Origin: Coleofasciculus sp. B1-GNL1-01
Lineage (GTDB): Bacteria > Cyanobacteriota > Cyanobacteriia > Cyanobacteriales > Coleofasciculaceae
Strand: one strand, 5' to 3'
Length of the DNA stretch: 57,097 nucleotides
Assembly: GCA_040220235.1 (NCBI GenBank)
Contig: JAVJTO010000122.1
Part shown: one piece after another, positions 17,936 through 29,618 of the stretch
Position numbering within the stretch: position 1 is the first letter of the stretch
How the letters are laid out: the number at the start of each line of letters is the position of its first letter
Translations under genes and position numbers: made by a program
The notes under the pieces: generated by a model
Told to the model about the DNA's origin: nothing
Databases searched by the model: none
Seen by the model: only the letters and a program-made list of their open reading frames with translations

Positions 17936-20359
17936 CTACACCCCGTCTACAGAGTTCCAACCTCGACGCAATAGCAGAGAGTTGCTAACTACAGTCACTG
18001 AACTAAATGCCATCAGTGCGCCAGCGACAGCCGGATTGAGAGCGATACCAAATCCAGGTAACAGTACGCCAGCCGCTACGGGAATACCCAACGTGTTATA
18101 TCCCAACGCCCAGAAGAGATTTTGGCGAATTTTGTTAAAGGTAGCGCGAGACAGTTTAATTGCTTGGACAATATCCAGCAAGCCGCCAGATTGACGACTG
18201 GTGGCGCTAGGTTGCATGAGAATAATTCCTGCCGTTTCCCGGGCAACATCTGTGCCAGCTTGCAGGGTGATGCCAACATCAGCTTGGGCTAAGGCTGGAC
18301 CATCGTTAATTCCATCTCCAACCATGGCGATGCAGTTTCCCTGGGTTTGCAGTTGGGCGATCGCGGCGGCTTTGCCATCGGGACGGATACTTGCCATAAC
18401 GTTGGCTGGATCAATGGCAAGGTGTTGTGCTACTGTCACAGCGGCATTGGGTTGATCTCCGGTTAGCAGCATCACGCGCAGTCCCATCGCTTGTAGCTGT
18501 TCGACGGTGGTTTTGGCATCGGGTTTGGGTAAATCGGTTAGGGCAATGAGTCCAGCCAATTCTCCATCTACGGCTAAATACACCACAGTTTTCCCGACAG
18601 CCGCTAAGGTTTGAGCTTGGGCTTGGGCGGTATCACTAATAGTCACGCCTTGCTGACGTAACCAATCTTCATTCCCCAGTAATACCCGTTGATTGTCCAC
18701 TAGGGCAGATATTCCTAATCCAGCTTCGGTATAAAAATCCTTGGCGGCTAATAGAGGTAACTCGTGTTGTGCTGCTGCTGTACAAATTGCTTCTCCGAGG
18801 GGATGAGTTGTGCCTCGTTCCGCTGCGGCGGCGAGTTGAAGGAGTGCTGATTGTGGATTGTGGATTGTTGATTGGGACAATTCTCCCCCATCTCCCCATT
18901 CCCCAACAGACAGACAATCGGTTACAGTCGGTTTTCCTTGGGTCAAAGTACCTGTTTTGTCAAACACGATGGTATCGAGTTGATGGACTCGTTCTAAAAT
19001 GTCACCCCCCTTAATCAGTAAGCCCCGTTCTGCCCCTAAGCTGGTGCCGACTAGAATCGCTGTCGGGGTTGCCAATCCCAAGGCACAGGGACAGGCAATC
19101 ACTAATACCGCGATCGCTAATTTTAGGCTCAATAGTAAGGGAGAGGTTGAATCACCCATCAGGGAGTCTCCTTCCCCTAGAACCTGAGTCCAGATTTTTG
19201 TCCCCACCAGCTCCCAAAACAGGAAGGTGAAGGTGGCGATTGTCAATACCCCATAGGTAAAATACCCGGCGACTTTATCGGCTAAATTTTGCACCGGGGC
19301 TTTCCGCGTTTGCGCTTCTTCCACCAGGGCGACAATTTGCGCTAATGTGGTTTCCTGTCCAATGCGTGTGGCTTGAATGGCGATCGCACCGGATTGATTT
19401 AAGGTGCCAGCCGTAACCGGATCACCGGGTTGCTTGAGAACTGGTAAGGGTTCCCCCGTCAACATGGACTCATCCACCGACGACTGACCCGCCACCACTT
19501 CGCCATCAACGGGTATTTTTTCTCCCGGCAAAACCCGCAACCACTCGCCCACGCGAACTTGTTCCACGGGAATCTCGATCCCCAGTTCTGTGGCTGTGGG
19601 GGTGGATTTACCAATTAACCGGGCTACCTTGGGTTTCAGTGCCAATAATGATTCATAAGCGGCTGATGCCTGACGCCTTGCCCGTTGTTCCAAGGTACGT
19701 CCTAGCAGGATAAAGCCAAGTAACATCACGGGTTCATCAAAGAAGCATTCCCAACCCAATTGAGGAAAGAATAAGGCGGCACAGCTCGCCCCATAAGCCG
19801 CCAAGGTTCCCAACCCTACCAAGGTATTCATATTCGGGGTTTGATGCCGCAATCCCCGCCAGCCATCGCTGATAATTGGACGCCCAGGTCCTAGCAGGGC
19901 TAAGGTTGCCAATCCCCAGTGAAACCCGATCGTGCTAAACACGGGTAGCATGGGTCCATTAAACCAATGACCAATATGTCCAATGGTCGAGAGAATGACG
20001 AGGACACCAGCAATGATTAATTGCCGCAGTTGTTCCCTTGCCTCTTGTTCATGGCGTTGAGTCGGGGTGAGGCGTTCTTCTGAGGTTTCCCCGGCTTGGG
20101 AGTAACGGGGTTGAGACGGAAACCCGGTTGCGGTTAATTTTTCCGCTAGGGTGGCGGGATCAGCCTGACCGACTTCATACTCAACCACAGCCACTTCTGT
20201 AACCAAGTTGACCTGGGCTGAAATAACTCCGGGTTGCTGTTCTAGCTGTCGTTCTACCGCACTGACACAGCCTGCACATTTCATTCCCCCAACATCTAGC
20301 GTCATTTGCTCAATGGTTGGGGTGGGGGTATCGACAACTTTTTCTGGAGAAATTTGCAT
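17936..20359 (-). CDS. ctaA: Cu-translocating P1B-type ATPase, CtaA/PAA1 type
   Basis: [36 protein letters not shown] and GDGIND motifs. Confidence 0.9.
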   Translation of the reverse strand: MQISPEKVVDTPTPTIEQMTLDVGGMKCAGCVSAVERQLEQQPGVISAQVNLVTEVAVVEYEVGQADPATLAEKLTATGFPSQPRYSQAGETSEERLTPTQRHEQEAREQLRQLIIAGVLVILSTIGHIGHWFNGPMLPVFSTIGFHWGLATLALLGPGRPIISDGWRGLRHQTPNMNTLVGLGTLAAYGASCAALFFPQLGWECFFDEPVMLLGFILLGRTLEQRARRQASAAYESLLALKPKVARLIGKSTPTATELGIEIPVEQVRVGEWLRVLPGEKIPVDGEVVAGQSSVDESMLTGEPLPVLKQPGDPVTAGTLNQSGAIAIQATRIGQETTLAQIVALVEEAQTRKAPVQNLADKVAGYFTYGVLTIATFTFLFWELVGTKIWTQVLGEGDSLMGDSTSPLLLSLKLAIAVLVIACPCALGLATPTAILVGTSLGAERGLLIKGGDILERVHQLDTIVFDKTGTLTQGKPTVTDCLSVGEWGDGGELSQSTIHNPQSALLQLAAAAERGTTHPLGEAICTAAAQHELPLLAAKDFYTEAGLGISALVDNQRVLLGNEDWLRQQGVTISDTAQAQAQTLAAVGKTVVYLAVDGELAGLIALTDLPKPDAKTTVEQLQAMGLRVMLLTGDQPNAAVTVAQHLAIDPANVMASIRPDGKAAAIAQLQTQGNCIAMVGDGINDGPALAQADVGITLQAGTDVARETAGIILMQPSATSRQSGGLLDIVQAIKLSRATFNKIRQNLFWALGYNTLGIPVAAGVLLPGFGIALNPAVAGALMAFSSVTVVSNSLLLRRGWNSVDGV

Positions 20360-20566
20360 AGATGTTTTTGATACCGATAGGCGTTGCGATGCCTGAATGC
20401 TGAGTTTTGTTAATACGTCTCTTTAATGATAAGGATTATTTTGCCAATGCGCTCTGCCACTGGCCAATATCATATTTTGATGACAATGCCAATGATCGGT
20501 TGGAGGTTTGAGGTGTGTTTTTGATGGGATAGGGAGGCGTTATGTTTTTCCCGATCCGGTGGCAGT

Positions 20567-20673
20567 TATAGCACTACGCATTAAGGTTAGGACAATACAA
20601 TTGGGTGAAAAGGCAACGGGCAACAGGCAATAGGCAACAGGGGAATGTCCTTTCCGTACCCCGTAGGGCTATA
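20567..20673. mobile_element. MITE-like element
   Basis: TATAGCACTACG...CGTAGGGCTATA inverted ends; internal GGCAACA/GGCAATA heptamers. Confidence 0.7.
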
Positions 20674-20946
20674 AATAAGCATTTTCGGATCGCCAAAACC
20701 CTTGATATTCCGTAGGCTGAGCGTTGCCCACCAGAATATGAGGAGCGTGCCATTCGTCTTCAGTCGCCTGCTTAACAGCCAAGCTCTTCTTAATGAACCA
20801 GGAAGCTTACCACACAAGGACTGTCGCTTTTCATTGCCTCAAAACTCTCTTGAAATCCGGGTAAAATTGATTAAAGCTATTGCTGTCCCATATTCCGGCA
20901 AATCAAACTAACAATTTAGCACACTAACCACGGAAGACCCGTTCTT

Positions 20947-22128
20947 TTAAATTACCACACGCGGGAGTCGGTGCTTAAAGCCACAAAGGATTTCCCAGGA
21001 TATTGTGTTTAACGAAATCGCCCAGTCATCCGCAGAGATTTGCCTGTCCCCGTCTCGTCCAATTAGGGTGACGATTTCACCAACCTGTAAATCGGGAATA
21101 TTACTCACATCCAACATCAGTTGATCCATGGTAATCGCCCCAATTTGGGACACCCGTTGACCCCGAATTAATCCAGTCATTTTATTCGAGAGATTCCGGG
21201 GAACACCATCGGCGTAACCGATACCCACTACCGCTAGACGTAACTGTTTTTGTGTCCTGAATGTATATCCATAACTCACCCCCGTCCCCGCCGATATTGT
21301 TTTCACTTGAGTGACCCGCGTTTTGACTTGCATGACGGGTTTTAGGTTGACTTTTGGGTATAAATGTGGTGCGGGATAGAGTCCATAAAGCGCTAATCCG
21401 ACTCGAACCCAATCGTAATGCAAGGCGGGGTCAGTTAACGTGGCGGCGGAGTTAGCTAAGTGTAAGCAGGGTGGGACGATATTCGCCGCGTGAAGTTCGG
21501 CAATAGCCGCTTCAAACCGCTGATGCTGTAGTCTCATCACCGTGGGATCTGGACTATCGGCTGTGGCTAAATGGGAATAGACACTGGCTAGTTCTAAATG
21601 GGGTAATCGCTGGACTAATTGCACAAACTCTGTGGCTTGTTGCCAAGGCATTCCTAAGCGAGACATGCCAGTATCGATATTGAGATGAACTGATAAGGAG
21701 GTTTGAGAACGACTCAGGGTATCAGAAAAGACCAAAGCCTGTTGGGGTGTACAGATAGTGGGTTGTAAATGCCAATGGGCGATCGCACGCACTTGTTCCG
21801 GGGTATTGGTTGCACCTAAAATCACGATGGGCGCGTCAATTCCCGCTTCTCGCAGTTGAATGCCTTCTTCTACTGTGGCGACACATAGTCCATAAGCGCC
21901 TGCGGCGAGTGCGGTTTGGGCAACCATAATCGCACCATGTCCGTATGCGTCTGCTTTCACCACCGCCATGAGTTGGGTTTTGGCAGACAAAAGCTGTTTT
22001 AATTGGTTTAGGTTGTGGGCAAGTGCCGCGCGATCGATTTCTACCCAAGCGCGTTCCGTTAATCCGCCAGAGACTTCCCATAAGTTGGGCATTAACTCAT
22101 AGGTTGGGATCATTTCTCCCATTCTCAT
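20947..22128 (-). CDS. alr: Alanine racemase
   Basis: AVVKADAYGHG, DTGMSRLG, HLANSA, VSYG and IGYADG motifs. Confidence 0.97.
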   Translation of the reverse strand: MRMGEMIPTYELMPNLWEVSGGLTERAWVEIDRAALAHNLNQLKQLLSAKTQLMAVVKADAYGHGAIMVAQTALAAGAYGLCVATVEEGIQLREAGIDAPIVILGATNTPEQVRAIAHWHLQPTICTPQQALVFSDTLSRSQTSLSVHLNIDTGMSRLGMPWQQATEFVQLVQRLPHLELASVYSHLATADSPDPTVMRLQHQRFEAAIAELHAANIVPPCLHLANSAATLTDPALHYDWVRVGLALYGLYPAPHLYPKVNLKPVMQVKTRVTQVKTISAGTGVSYGYTFRTQKQLRLAVVGIGYADGVPRNLSNKMTGLIRGQRVSQIGAITMDQLMLDVSNIPDLQVGEIVTLIGRDGDRQISADDWAISLNTISWEILCGFKHRLPRVVI

Positions 22129-22298
22129 TCACTCCTCTATCACTCTTAAATGCCACACAGCCTAGCATAGGAGGTTGGGGAGGGATATGGGACAATCAGA
22201 TTTAAGCCGTGGCGATTAAGCGGAACCACACAAATGTATGCGAAGCCTTCCCGAAGGGTAGGCCGCCTGCGCGGACTACTGAAAATTTAAGGTTTCCG

Positions 22299-23258
22299 GT
22301 GACTTATCGTTTTGAGTTTCATCCTTACCAGCGCCAATTTCGACATCCCCTCACTACTCATCATGGCATCTGGAAAGTACGCGAGGGAATTATCCTGCGT
22401 CTGGTGGATGAAAAGGGGCGAGTGGGTTGGGGAGAAATTGCCCCACTTCCTTGGTTTGGTTCTGAAACCTTAGAACAAGCCCTAACCGTTTGTCAGCAGT
22501 TCCCGTCTCAGATTACATCAACCGATATTTTCTCGATTCCGGCTGAATTTCCCGCCTGTCAGTTTGGCTTTGAGTCAGCGTGGGAAGGGTTAGTCGCAAG
22601 GAATGGGGAAGATGAGGGAGAGAGTCGTATTGAAACGGAAAAAACAAGTCCGTTGTTACCCAATTCGTCGCTGAAATACAGTTATCTTTTGCCCACGGGG
22701 GAAGCCGCGTTAACCTCTTGGCAGCAAGGTTGGCAACAGGGCGATCGCACGTTTAAATGGAAAATTGGTGTAACCTCGATGGAGTCGGAACTGAGGTGGT
22801 TTGACCAATTGGTTCAAGCCTTACCCCCATCGGCTCAATTACGCTTAGATGCGAATGGGGGACTTACACGAAATCAAGCAGAACAGTGGTTGCAGGTGGC
22901 GGATCAGGCGGGGATTGTTGAGTTTCTAGAACAACCCTTGCCACCACAGGAATTTGCCGCACTCAGGGCAATGCAAGATCAGTATAAAACAGCGATCGCC
23001 CTTGATGAATCTGTTGCTACGTTGAACCAACTCAAAACCTGTTACCAGCAGGGATGGCGAGGAATCTTTGTGATTAAAGCGGCGATCGCCGGATCTATTA
23101 CACAACTCCGACAATTTTGTCAAGCCCACGATATCGACGTGGTTTTCTCTTCAGTCTTTGAAACCGCGATCGCCAGACAAGCGGTTCTCAATTTAGCTGT
23201 AGAATTATCTCATCCCCATCGGGCAGTTGGGTTTGGAGTTAATCACTGGTTTGTCTAA
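22299..23258 (+). CDS. menC: o-Succinylbenzoate synthase
   Basis: GEIAP, FKWKIG, LRLDANGG, EQPL and ALDES enolase-superfamily motifs. Start set at GTG 22299; the upstream extension is repeat-derived. Confidence 0.9.
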   Translation: MTYRFEFHPYQRQFRHPLTTHHGIWKVREGIILRLVDEKGRVGWGEIAPLPWFGSETLEQALTVCQQFPSQITSTDIFSIPAEFPACQFGFESAWEGLVARNGEDEGESRIETEKTSPLLPNSSLKYSYLLPTGEAALTSWQQGWQQGDRTFKWKIGVTSMESELRWFDQLVQALPPSAQLRLDANGGLTRNQAEQWLQVADQAGIVEFLEQPLPPQEFAALRAMQDQYKTAIALDESVATLNQLKTCYQQGWRGIFVIKAAIAGSITQLRQFCQAHDIDVVFSSVFETAIARQAVLNLAVELSHPHRAVGFGVNHWFV

Positions 23259-23363
23259 GTGGATGTGCGTTTCAATTCTGTATTCCTTATTGCCTATTGC
23301 CTGTTGCCTATTCTCTATTCTCTTTGAGAAATTTAGAATCCAAATTCAACGGCTGAACAGCTT

Positions 23364-24710
23364 ATGATTCAAATCAAAACTAAACAACCCGAAGGACCAA
23401 AAGCCCCCAAATGGTGGCAAAAAATTCAGTGGATTACTAAGCCCCTGGATTACATGGATGCAGCAGGACAACACTATGGTGATATTTTCAATGCCCCTGT
23501 TATTGGCAATCATTCCTGTATGTTGTTTGTTAGTCATCCCCAAGCCCTACAACAGATTTTCACGAACGATACCAAGCAATTTACAGCTCCTCCAGATAGG
23601 CTTTTGCAGCCAATTGTTGGAGATCATTCAATATTTGTGCTAGAAGGCGATCGTCATCGTCGGGAACGCAAACTCTTAATGCCACCGTTTCACGGCGAAC
23701 ACATCCGAACTTATGGGCAACTTATCTGTGACCTAACGGATAAGGTAATGCAGCAGGTGCGTCCCGGTCAAATCTTTGTGGCTCGTTCTCTAGCTCAAGA
23801 AATTTCTTTAGAAGTTATCTTAAATTCTGTTTTTGGTATTCATGATCCAGAGCGATTTGGTCAACTGAAGGGACTCATTACTAGCCTAATGGATCAATTT
23901 AAATCTCCCTTTACATCAGGATTACTTTTTTTTCCAGCGCTACAGAAAGATTGGACACCTTGGGGTGCGTTCCGTCGCTTAAAGCAGCAAATTAGTCAGC
24001 TACTCTATGCGGAAATTCGGGAGCGCCGTCAACAGAAAGACTTTTCGGGTTCAGATATTCTAACCCTACTGTTATCGGCAGAGGATGAAGAAGGTAGACC
24101 CATGACAGATAAAGAATTGCATGATGAATTGTTTACTTTATTAGTAGCCGGTCACGAAACTACCGCTACTGCGATCGCGTGGGCGCTGTATTGGGTTTAT
24201 CGATCGCCTAATGTGCAGAACAAGCTGTTGCAGGAATTGGATTCTCTGGGTCAACAAGCAGACCCTGTGGACATTGCTCGTTTATCGTATCTCACAGCCG
24301 TGTGCCAGGAAAGCTTGCGGATTTATCCTGTGGCTGTCTTAACTGTACCGAGAGCCGTGAAAGAACCTGTTGAACTGATGGGATATCAGCTACAACCGGG
24401 AACCCGAGTTTATGGCTGTATTTATTTAACCCACCATCGCCAGGATTTATATCCAGAATCTCATCAATTTAAGCCAGAACGTTTTTTAGAACGCAAGTTT
24501 TCTCCCTATGAGTTTTTCCCTTTCGGCGGTGGGATACGTCGCTGTATTGGTGAAGCTTTGGCATTCTTTGAAATGAAATTAGTCCTTGCCAAAATTGTCT
24601 CTCAGTATCAACTAACTCTAGCACAGCAGCAACCTGAGCGCCCTCAGCGACGAAGCGTAACCTTAGCGCCTAGTACGGGTGTAAGATTAATTATGCAAGG
24701 TAGGAGATAG
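23364..24710 (+). CDS. Cytochrome P450 (CYP110-like)
   Basis: AGHETTA (I-helix), ESLR (ExxR), PERF and FGGGIRRCIG haem motifs. Confidence 0.95.
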   Translation: MIQIKTKQPEGPKAPKWWQKIQWITKPLDYMDAAGQHYGDIFNAPVIGNHSCMLFVSHPQALQQIFTNDTKQFTAPPDRLLQPIVGDHSIFVLEGDRHRRERKLLMPPFHGEHIRTYGQLICDLTDKVMQQVRPGQIFVARSLAQEISLEVILNSVFGIHDPERFGQLKGLITSLMDQFKSPFTSGLLFFPALQKDWTPWGAFRRLKQQISQLLYAEIRERRQQKDFSGSDILTLLLSAEDEEGRPMTDKELHDELFTLLVAGHETTATAIAWALYWVYRSPNVQNKLLQELDSLGQQADPVDIARLSYLTAVCQESLRIYPVAVLTVPRAVKEPVELMGYQLQPGTRVYGCIYLTHHRQDLYPESHQFKPERFLERKFSPYEFFPFGGGIRRCIGEALAFFEMKLVLAKIVSQYQLTLAQQQPERPQRRSVTLAPSTGVRLIMQGRR

Positions 24711-24816
24711 GGGAACCAGGGTATTGGTAGGGGCGGGTTTAGGGATTAATTTCGGTTTTTTCCCTAACTGGAGTGCGAAACCCGCCCTAAGATTTTGTTG
24801 GGGTGGGTTTAAGCAA

Positions 24817-26475
24817 ATGAATTCTATTTTCATCGATATAAAACAGCGAAATAATGATTGGCTTATTGGTTGTGACAATAACCAATTCAAAGAAATAAAT
24901 CATAAATTATTTAATCAATTTTCTAAATCATTTCCATGTCAAACCGTTCCCAAGATTATTCTTGCTGAATCTAACCATTGGCGATTCCTTGCTGCATTTA
25001 GCGCCGCTGTTAGTGCCAATTGTTCAGTGTTTTTAGGTAATCCCAAGTGGACACCACAGGAATGGCAGTACGTTTTAGCATTAGTTCAACCTGATTTAAT
25101 TTGGGGAGATTTGTCAAGGATAATTTGTCAAGAGTCATTCGTCCACAATAAGGGACAAGAGATAATCAAGAAGAAACCTACAATGGGTGTCACTGAATTA
25201 GGCGTTTGTAGTCAGCGCTTGATTCGTGATGGCACTAAAGTGCCTACTACAAACCCTGGAATCATGATTCCTACAGGGGGTTCCTCGGGTCAGATTCGCT
25301 TCGCTATACATACCTGGGATACGTTAATGGCGTCGATGCGAGGGTTTCATCAGTATTTTGACCAGAAGCCAGTGAACTCCTTCTGTGTCTTGCCTGTGTA
25401 TCATGTGAGTGGGTTGATGCAATTTCTGCGATCGCTAACCACAGGAGGACAGTTTGCTAGTCTACCCTTTAAAGAGGTGGTGGCGGGGAAAGGACGAGAG
25501 ATTAACCCCCAGGATTTTTTTATTTCCCTGGTTCCCACTCAGTTACAACGCTTACTCCAGGCGAACGCAGCAAATTGGTTATCTCAATTTCACACGGTTT
25601 TGTTAGGTGGTGCGCCAGCTTATGAGTCTCTCTTAACTGAGGCGAGACAACAGGGTATTCCTTTAGCGCCAACTTATGGAATGACGGAAACGGCGTCTCA
25701 AGTGGTTACTCTGAAACCAGACGCATTTCTAGCAGGGAATAATAGTTGCGGTCAAGTTCTCCCTCACGCCCACGTTACCATTCGCAGTACAACCGGGGAA
25801 TTTTTGGGGACGAATCAAATCGGAATTGTCACGATTGCAGCAGAGTCTTTGGCATTGGGTTACTATTCTTCAGGAGATAAGGAAGATAAGGAAGATGGAG
25901 AGTTAACTCAAAACCATGTCCTTGAGCGCAGCGAAGGAACAATCAGGGCGAGTTTTGAGGAAACGTTATCGTCAACCACTGGCGCGAATCAAACCTCGCC
26001 CCTACAGACGAATAATGGCACATCTCTACACTTCCCCCATCACCAATCCCCAATCCCTAATAGTCATGCAACGCCTGATAAAATCCCAACGCTGCAATCC
26101 GATGATTTGGGATTTTTTGATGAGCAGGGATATCTAACCATTGTCGGACGGCACAGTCATAAAATTATTAGCGGAGGTGAAAATATTTTCCCAGCCGAAG
26201 TCGAGGCGGCTATTTTAGCCACCCAGTTAGTGCATGATGTGTGTGTAATTGGCATACCGCATAATTATTGGGGTGAAGCTGTTACAGCGGTTTATGTTCC
26301 TCGTGCATCGGACGTTTCTGTGGATAGTTTAAAAGCCGCGCTGGTCAATCAGTTAAGTAGGTTTAAGCAGCCTAAATATTGGGTTCCTGTTGAACAATTG
26401 CCCCGCAACGAGCAAGGAAAAGTAAATTATGACTCTGTTAAAACAACGGCTTTAGAATTTTTACCTAGGGCTTAA
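24817..26475 (+). CDS. menE: 2-Succinylbenzoate-CoA ligase with repeat-derived in-frame insertions
   Basis: PTGGSSG, YHVSG, PTYGMTET, DLG and IISGGENIFP motifs; near menC; start set at ATG 24817. Confidence 0.9.
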   Translation: MNSIFIDIKQRNNDWLIGCDNNQFKEINHKLFNQFSKSFPCQTVPKIILAESNHWRFLAAFSAAVSANCSVFLGNPKWTPQEWQYVLALVQPDLIWGDLSRIICQESFVHNKGQEIIKKKPTMGVTELGVCSQRLIRDGTKVPTTNPGIMIPTGGSSGQIRFAIHTWDTLMASMRGFHQYFDQKPVNSFCVLPVYHVSGLMQFLRSLTTGGQFASLPFKEVVAGKGREINPQDFFISLVPTQLQRLLQANAANWLSQFHTVLLGGAPAYESLLTEARQQGIPLAPTYGMTETASQVVTLKPDAFLAGNNSCGQVLPHAHVTIRSTTGEFLGTNQIGIVTIAAESLALGYYSSGDKEDKEDGELTQNHVLERSEGTIRASFEETLSSTTGANQTSPLQTNNGTSLHFPHHQSPIPNSHATPDKIPTLQSDDLGFFDEQGYLTIVGRHSHKIISGGENIFPAEVEAAILATQLVHDVCVIGIPHNYWGEAVTAVYVPRASDVSVDSLKAALVNQLSRFKQPKYWVPVEQLPRNEQGKVNYDSVKTTALEFLPRA

Positions 26476-26501
26476 AAATCCACAAACCTATGAAAGCATA
26501 T

Positions 26502-26600
26502 GGGAGCATCCCAATTTGGCGCGTTGGCTCTTTGAATGGGGCTGAAACCCTTGCAATTGCGTTACTTTAGGTAATGCTTTGTCCAAAACGGGATGCTCCC
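26502..26600. mobile_element. 99-bp MITE with 11-bp TIRs and 8-bp target-site duplication
   Basis: GGGAGCATCCC / GGGATGCTCCC ends flanked by AAGCATAT at 26494-26501 and 26601-26608. Confidence 0.85.
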
Positions 26601-26664
26601 AAGCATATTGCCTCGACAGATAAAAACCCATACAAAATAGCGAGCGAGACGCTCGCACTGCATA

Positions 26665-26904
26665 TATAGCGTTTTCATTTGGGTCGTGAACACAGGAACC
26701 TGGTAAAAAGGCAATGGGCAATAGGCAATAGGCAATAGGGGAAAGAGATACAGGGTTTTTAAGTAATCTAAGAAAAGACCTCCTAGGTTTACAACTCATT
26801 TACAAATGCTATATAGCAGTACTAAGACAGGTTAGGACATTCTTTACTGTTCCCTGTTCCCTCTTGGGCTAACTGATGTCCTAACGTATCCCCGTAGTGC
26901 TATA
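26665..26904. mobile_element. Two abutting TATAGC...GCTATA-bounded MITE-like elements (26665-26813, 26812-26904)
   Basis: Inverted ends sharing a TA; the second matches the family at 20567. Confidence 0.65.
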
Positions 26905-26951
26905 ACCGTTCCCCGTTCCCTATCCTCACCACAATACTTATTCCGCAACCC

Positions 26952-27458
26952 CTAAATAATGACTTTGCCAATCATTAAAACCCCCTGATCCGATCGCAGA
27001 TAGGGAACAGACGCACCCTTAAACCCGGTAATAAACGGCTTGTGATGCAACTGCCAGTAGCTAGGACTCATATCATGAGCGATCGCTTTTAAGGCTCTCA
27101 GTTCTTCCACCAGTTCAGTGGCGAGTTCGTTAATCCGATTGGCATGATCATAAGCCTGTTGAGTGGCGATCTCTACCTCATCAGCTAATGTTAAGGGTTG
27201 CTTGGGTTTTGCCAGAGGCTGTAGCTGTTGCTGTTTTTGCTCCAACTGTGCTTGCAACGCCGCGATCGCATTATCAATTCCTTGGACTTCGGCGGAAACC
27301 TCTGCGGCTACCCTCGCTTGATGGCGATAAGCCGCCGCGATCGCTTCGGGTGAATTATTCTCTGGTTGCACCTCCTGATTGGTTAGAGTATCCCGTTCTT
27401 GACGTAGTGCCTCGAGTTGGGAGCGAATTGCCTCAATTTCTGCCTGTATCTGATCCAT
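26952..27458 (-). CDS. Coiled-coil hypothetical protein
   Basis: Q/E/A-rich heptad pattern, 168 aa. Confidence 0.7.
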   Translation of the reverse strand: MDQIQAEIEAIRSQLEALRQERDTLTNQEVQPENNSPEAIAAAYRHQARVAAEVSAEVQGIDNAIAALQAQLEQKQQQLQPLAKPKQPLTLADEVEIATQQAYDHANRINELATELVEELRALKAIAHDMSPSYWQLHHKPFITGFKGASVPYLRSDQGVLMIGKVII

Positions 27459-27616
27459 CCTGATACCACGTTGTCTTAAAAGATACTTTTTTCTTGGTGC
27501 GGGTTACTACCTTTGCATAACACAATCGTTACATAACACATTGTTAGGGGCACGGCAGTGCCGTGCCCCTACTTGTTTCGTAAATGCGAGTTGACCTGAT
27601 AATCTGGAGAGTCAAC

Positions 27617-29227
27617 TTATTCAACTATACCCAGCAAAGGTTGGGCTTTGGCTTGGGGTAGGGATGGTGCGTTGAATTTACCAGAATACAGCTTTGTCCG
27701 TTCTTGTGCAATGACTGGCAGAGCTTCACGCACTTGAGCCGTTACCGCCACGGTTTTGACATCATAGGTTTGGGTAGCAACCTTGGGATATAAACCAATG
27801 CCGACAATGGGGATTAACAAGCATAGGGCGACAAAGATTTCTCGTGGGTTGGCATCCCCGAAATAGTTATCCATCGCCAATTCCGCCTTAGCTGTGCCGT
27901 AGAACACTTGACGCAGCATGGAGAGTAGATAGATGGGAGTGAGGATTAATCCCACGGCGGCTAACAGTACCATGACTACCTTAAAGGATGAATTGTAGGC
28001 ATCGCTAGTAGACATGCCGAGGAAGATAGACAATTCTCCCACAAAGCCACTCATCCCTGGTAATGCTAGAGACGCCATAGCACCAGCCGTAAACAAGGCA
28101 AATACTTTCGGCATTTGTTTTGCCATACCGCCCATATTTTCCATTGCCAGGGTATGGGTGCGATCATAAGTGACACCTGACAGGAAGAATAACGCGGCGG
28201 CAATTAATCCATGAGAGATCATTTGTAGCATCGCGCCATTTGTACCTAATGCAGTGAAGGAAGCAATCCCAACCAGAACAAATCCCATGTGGGAGATGGA
28301 AGAATACGCCAAGCGCCGTTTCAGGTTATCTTGAGCAAAGGCAGTCAACGCTCCGTAGATAATATTGACGACACCTAAAACAGCCAGCACTGGGGCAAAG
28401 CGAATATGGGCATCAGGCAGCATTTCCATATTCATCCGGATCAATCCGTAGCCTCCCATCTTCAGCAACACACCCGCTAAAATCATCGAGACAGGGGCAG
28501 AGGCTTGAGAGTGAGCATCGGGTAACCAGGTATGTAAGGGGAAAATCGGTAATTTTACGCCGTAAGCAATTAAGAAGCCTGCATAAACCGCCAATTCCAT
28601 CGCCATGGGGTAATGCTTTTGGGCAAGCTGTTGCATATCAAAGGTAACGGTATCACCGTAGAATGCCATGGCTAGTGCGGCGACGAGAATGAAGATAGAA
28701 CCTGCGGCGGTATAAAGAATAAACTTAGTCGCGGCATAGAGGCGCTTTTCTCCACCCCAGATGGAAATCAGTAGATACACGGGAATCAGTTCGAGTTCCC
28801 ACATTAAGAAGAATAATAGTAAGTCCTGAGCCGCGAAGACGCCAATCTGGGCGCTGTACATCACCAGCATCAAGGCATAAAACAAACGAGGTTTACGGTT
28901 GACTTTCCAAGATGCCAGAATAGCCAGGGTAGTGACTAAGCCCGATAACGCAATTAAGGGCATGGAGAGTCCATCGACTCCGACTGACCAGTCTAAGCCC
29001 AATTGGGGAATCCAGGAATAGGTTTCTTGGAGTTGGAACTGAGAGTTTTGTAAATCGTAGTGACGCCAAAAGGCATGAATGGTGAGGAGGAAGTTTGCCA
29101 TGCCAACCCCTAGAGCATACCAGCGGACGGTTTTACCTTCTTTGTCGGGGATTAGAGGAATCGCCAGGGATGCCAGTAGGGGCAATAAGATAATCGTCGT
29201 TATCCAGGGTATTTGACTGCCAATCAT
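27617..29227 (-). CDS. ndhD: NDH-1 subunit 4 (NdhD1/D2 type, probably NdhD2)
   Basis: [33 protein letters not shown] and [12 protein letters not shown] motifs. Confidence 0.95.
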   Translation of the reverse strand: MIGSQIPWITTIILLPLLASLAIPLIPDKEGKTVRWYALGVGMANFLLTIHAFWRHYDLQNSQFQLQETYSWIPQLGLDWSVGVDGLSMPLIALSGLVTTLAILASWKVNRKPRLFYALMLVMYSAQIGVFAAQDLLLFFLMWELELIPVYLLISIWGGEKRLYAATKFILYTAAGSIFILVAALAMAFYGDTVTFDMQQLAQKHYPMAMELAVYAGFLIAYGVKLPIFPLHTWLPDAHSQASAPVSMILAGVLLKMGGYGLIRMNMEMLPDAHIRFAPVLAVLGVVNIIYGALTAFAQDNLKRRLAYSSISHMGFVLVGIASFTALGTNGAMLQMISHGLIAAALFFLSGVTYDRTHTLAMENMGGMAKQMPKVFALFTAGAMASLALPGMSGFVGELSIFLGMSTSDAYNSSFKVVMVLLAAVGLILTPIYLLSMLRQVFYGTAKAELAMDNYFGDANPREIFVALCLLIPIVGIGLYPKVATQTYDVKTVAVTAQVREALPVIAQERTKLYSGKFNAPSLPQAKAQPLLGIVE

Positions 29228-29618
29228 GACTAAGGATATATGCTTATCGTTAATGTTGGTTACATTGTATTAAGTTTCGTAAAGGTTTGAGAAGAGGAGA
29301 CATACAAGTATACTAAATCTTCACAATAAGCAGGACTAATGCAAAGTTTCTCTTCAACTCAGATTGGGGAGCGGCTGAGTGGAGATTAATATCACAAAAC
29401 ATTAAAAATGTCAATAGTTGAATCCTTGGCTACCGATCGCCCATCCATTATTCTTAGTGATATAGGCTGAATCACCGATTGAGGATGTGAGTGTGGGGTG
29501 GCGCGATCGCACTGCGCTAGTCGATCATGGTTTGTAGGGGCGGGTTTAGGGACTTTCGTTTCGCTATTAGATGATAACGTTTGCTCAAAACCCGCCCTTT
29601 CCAGATGTTGGGGCAGGT

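Noticed and set aside
20680..20940. Possible sRNA or short ORFs between ctaA and alr
   Set aside because: An extended -10-like element and weak stems exist, but there is no recognisable RNA family or credible ORF; unsupported without expression data.
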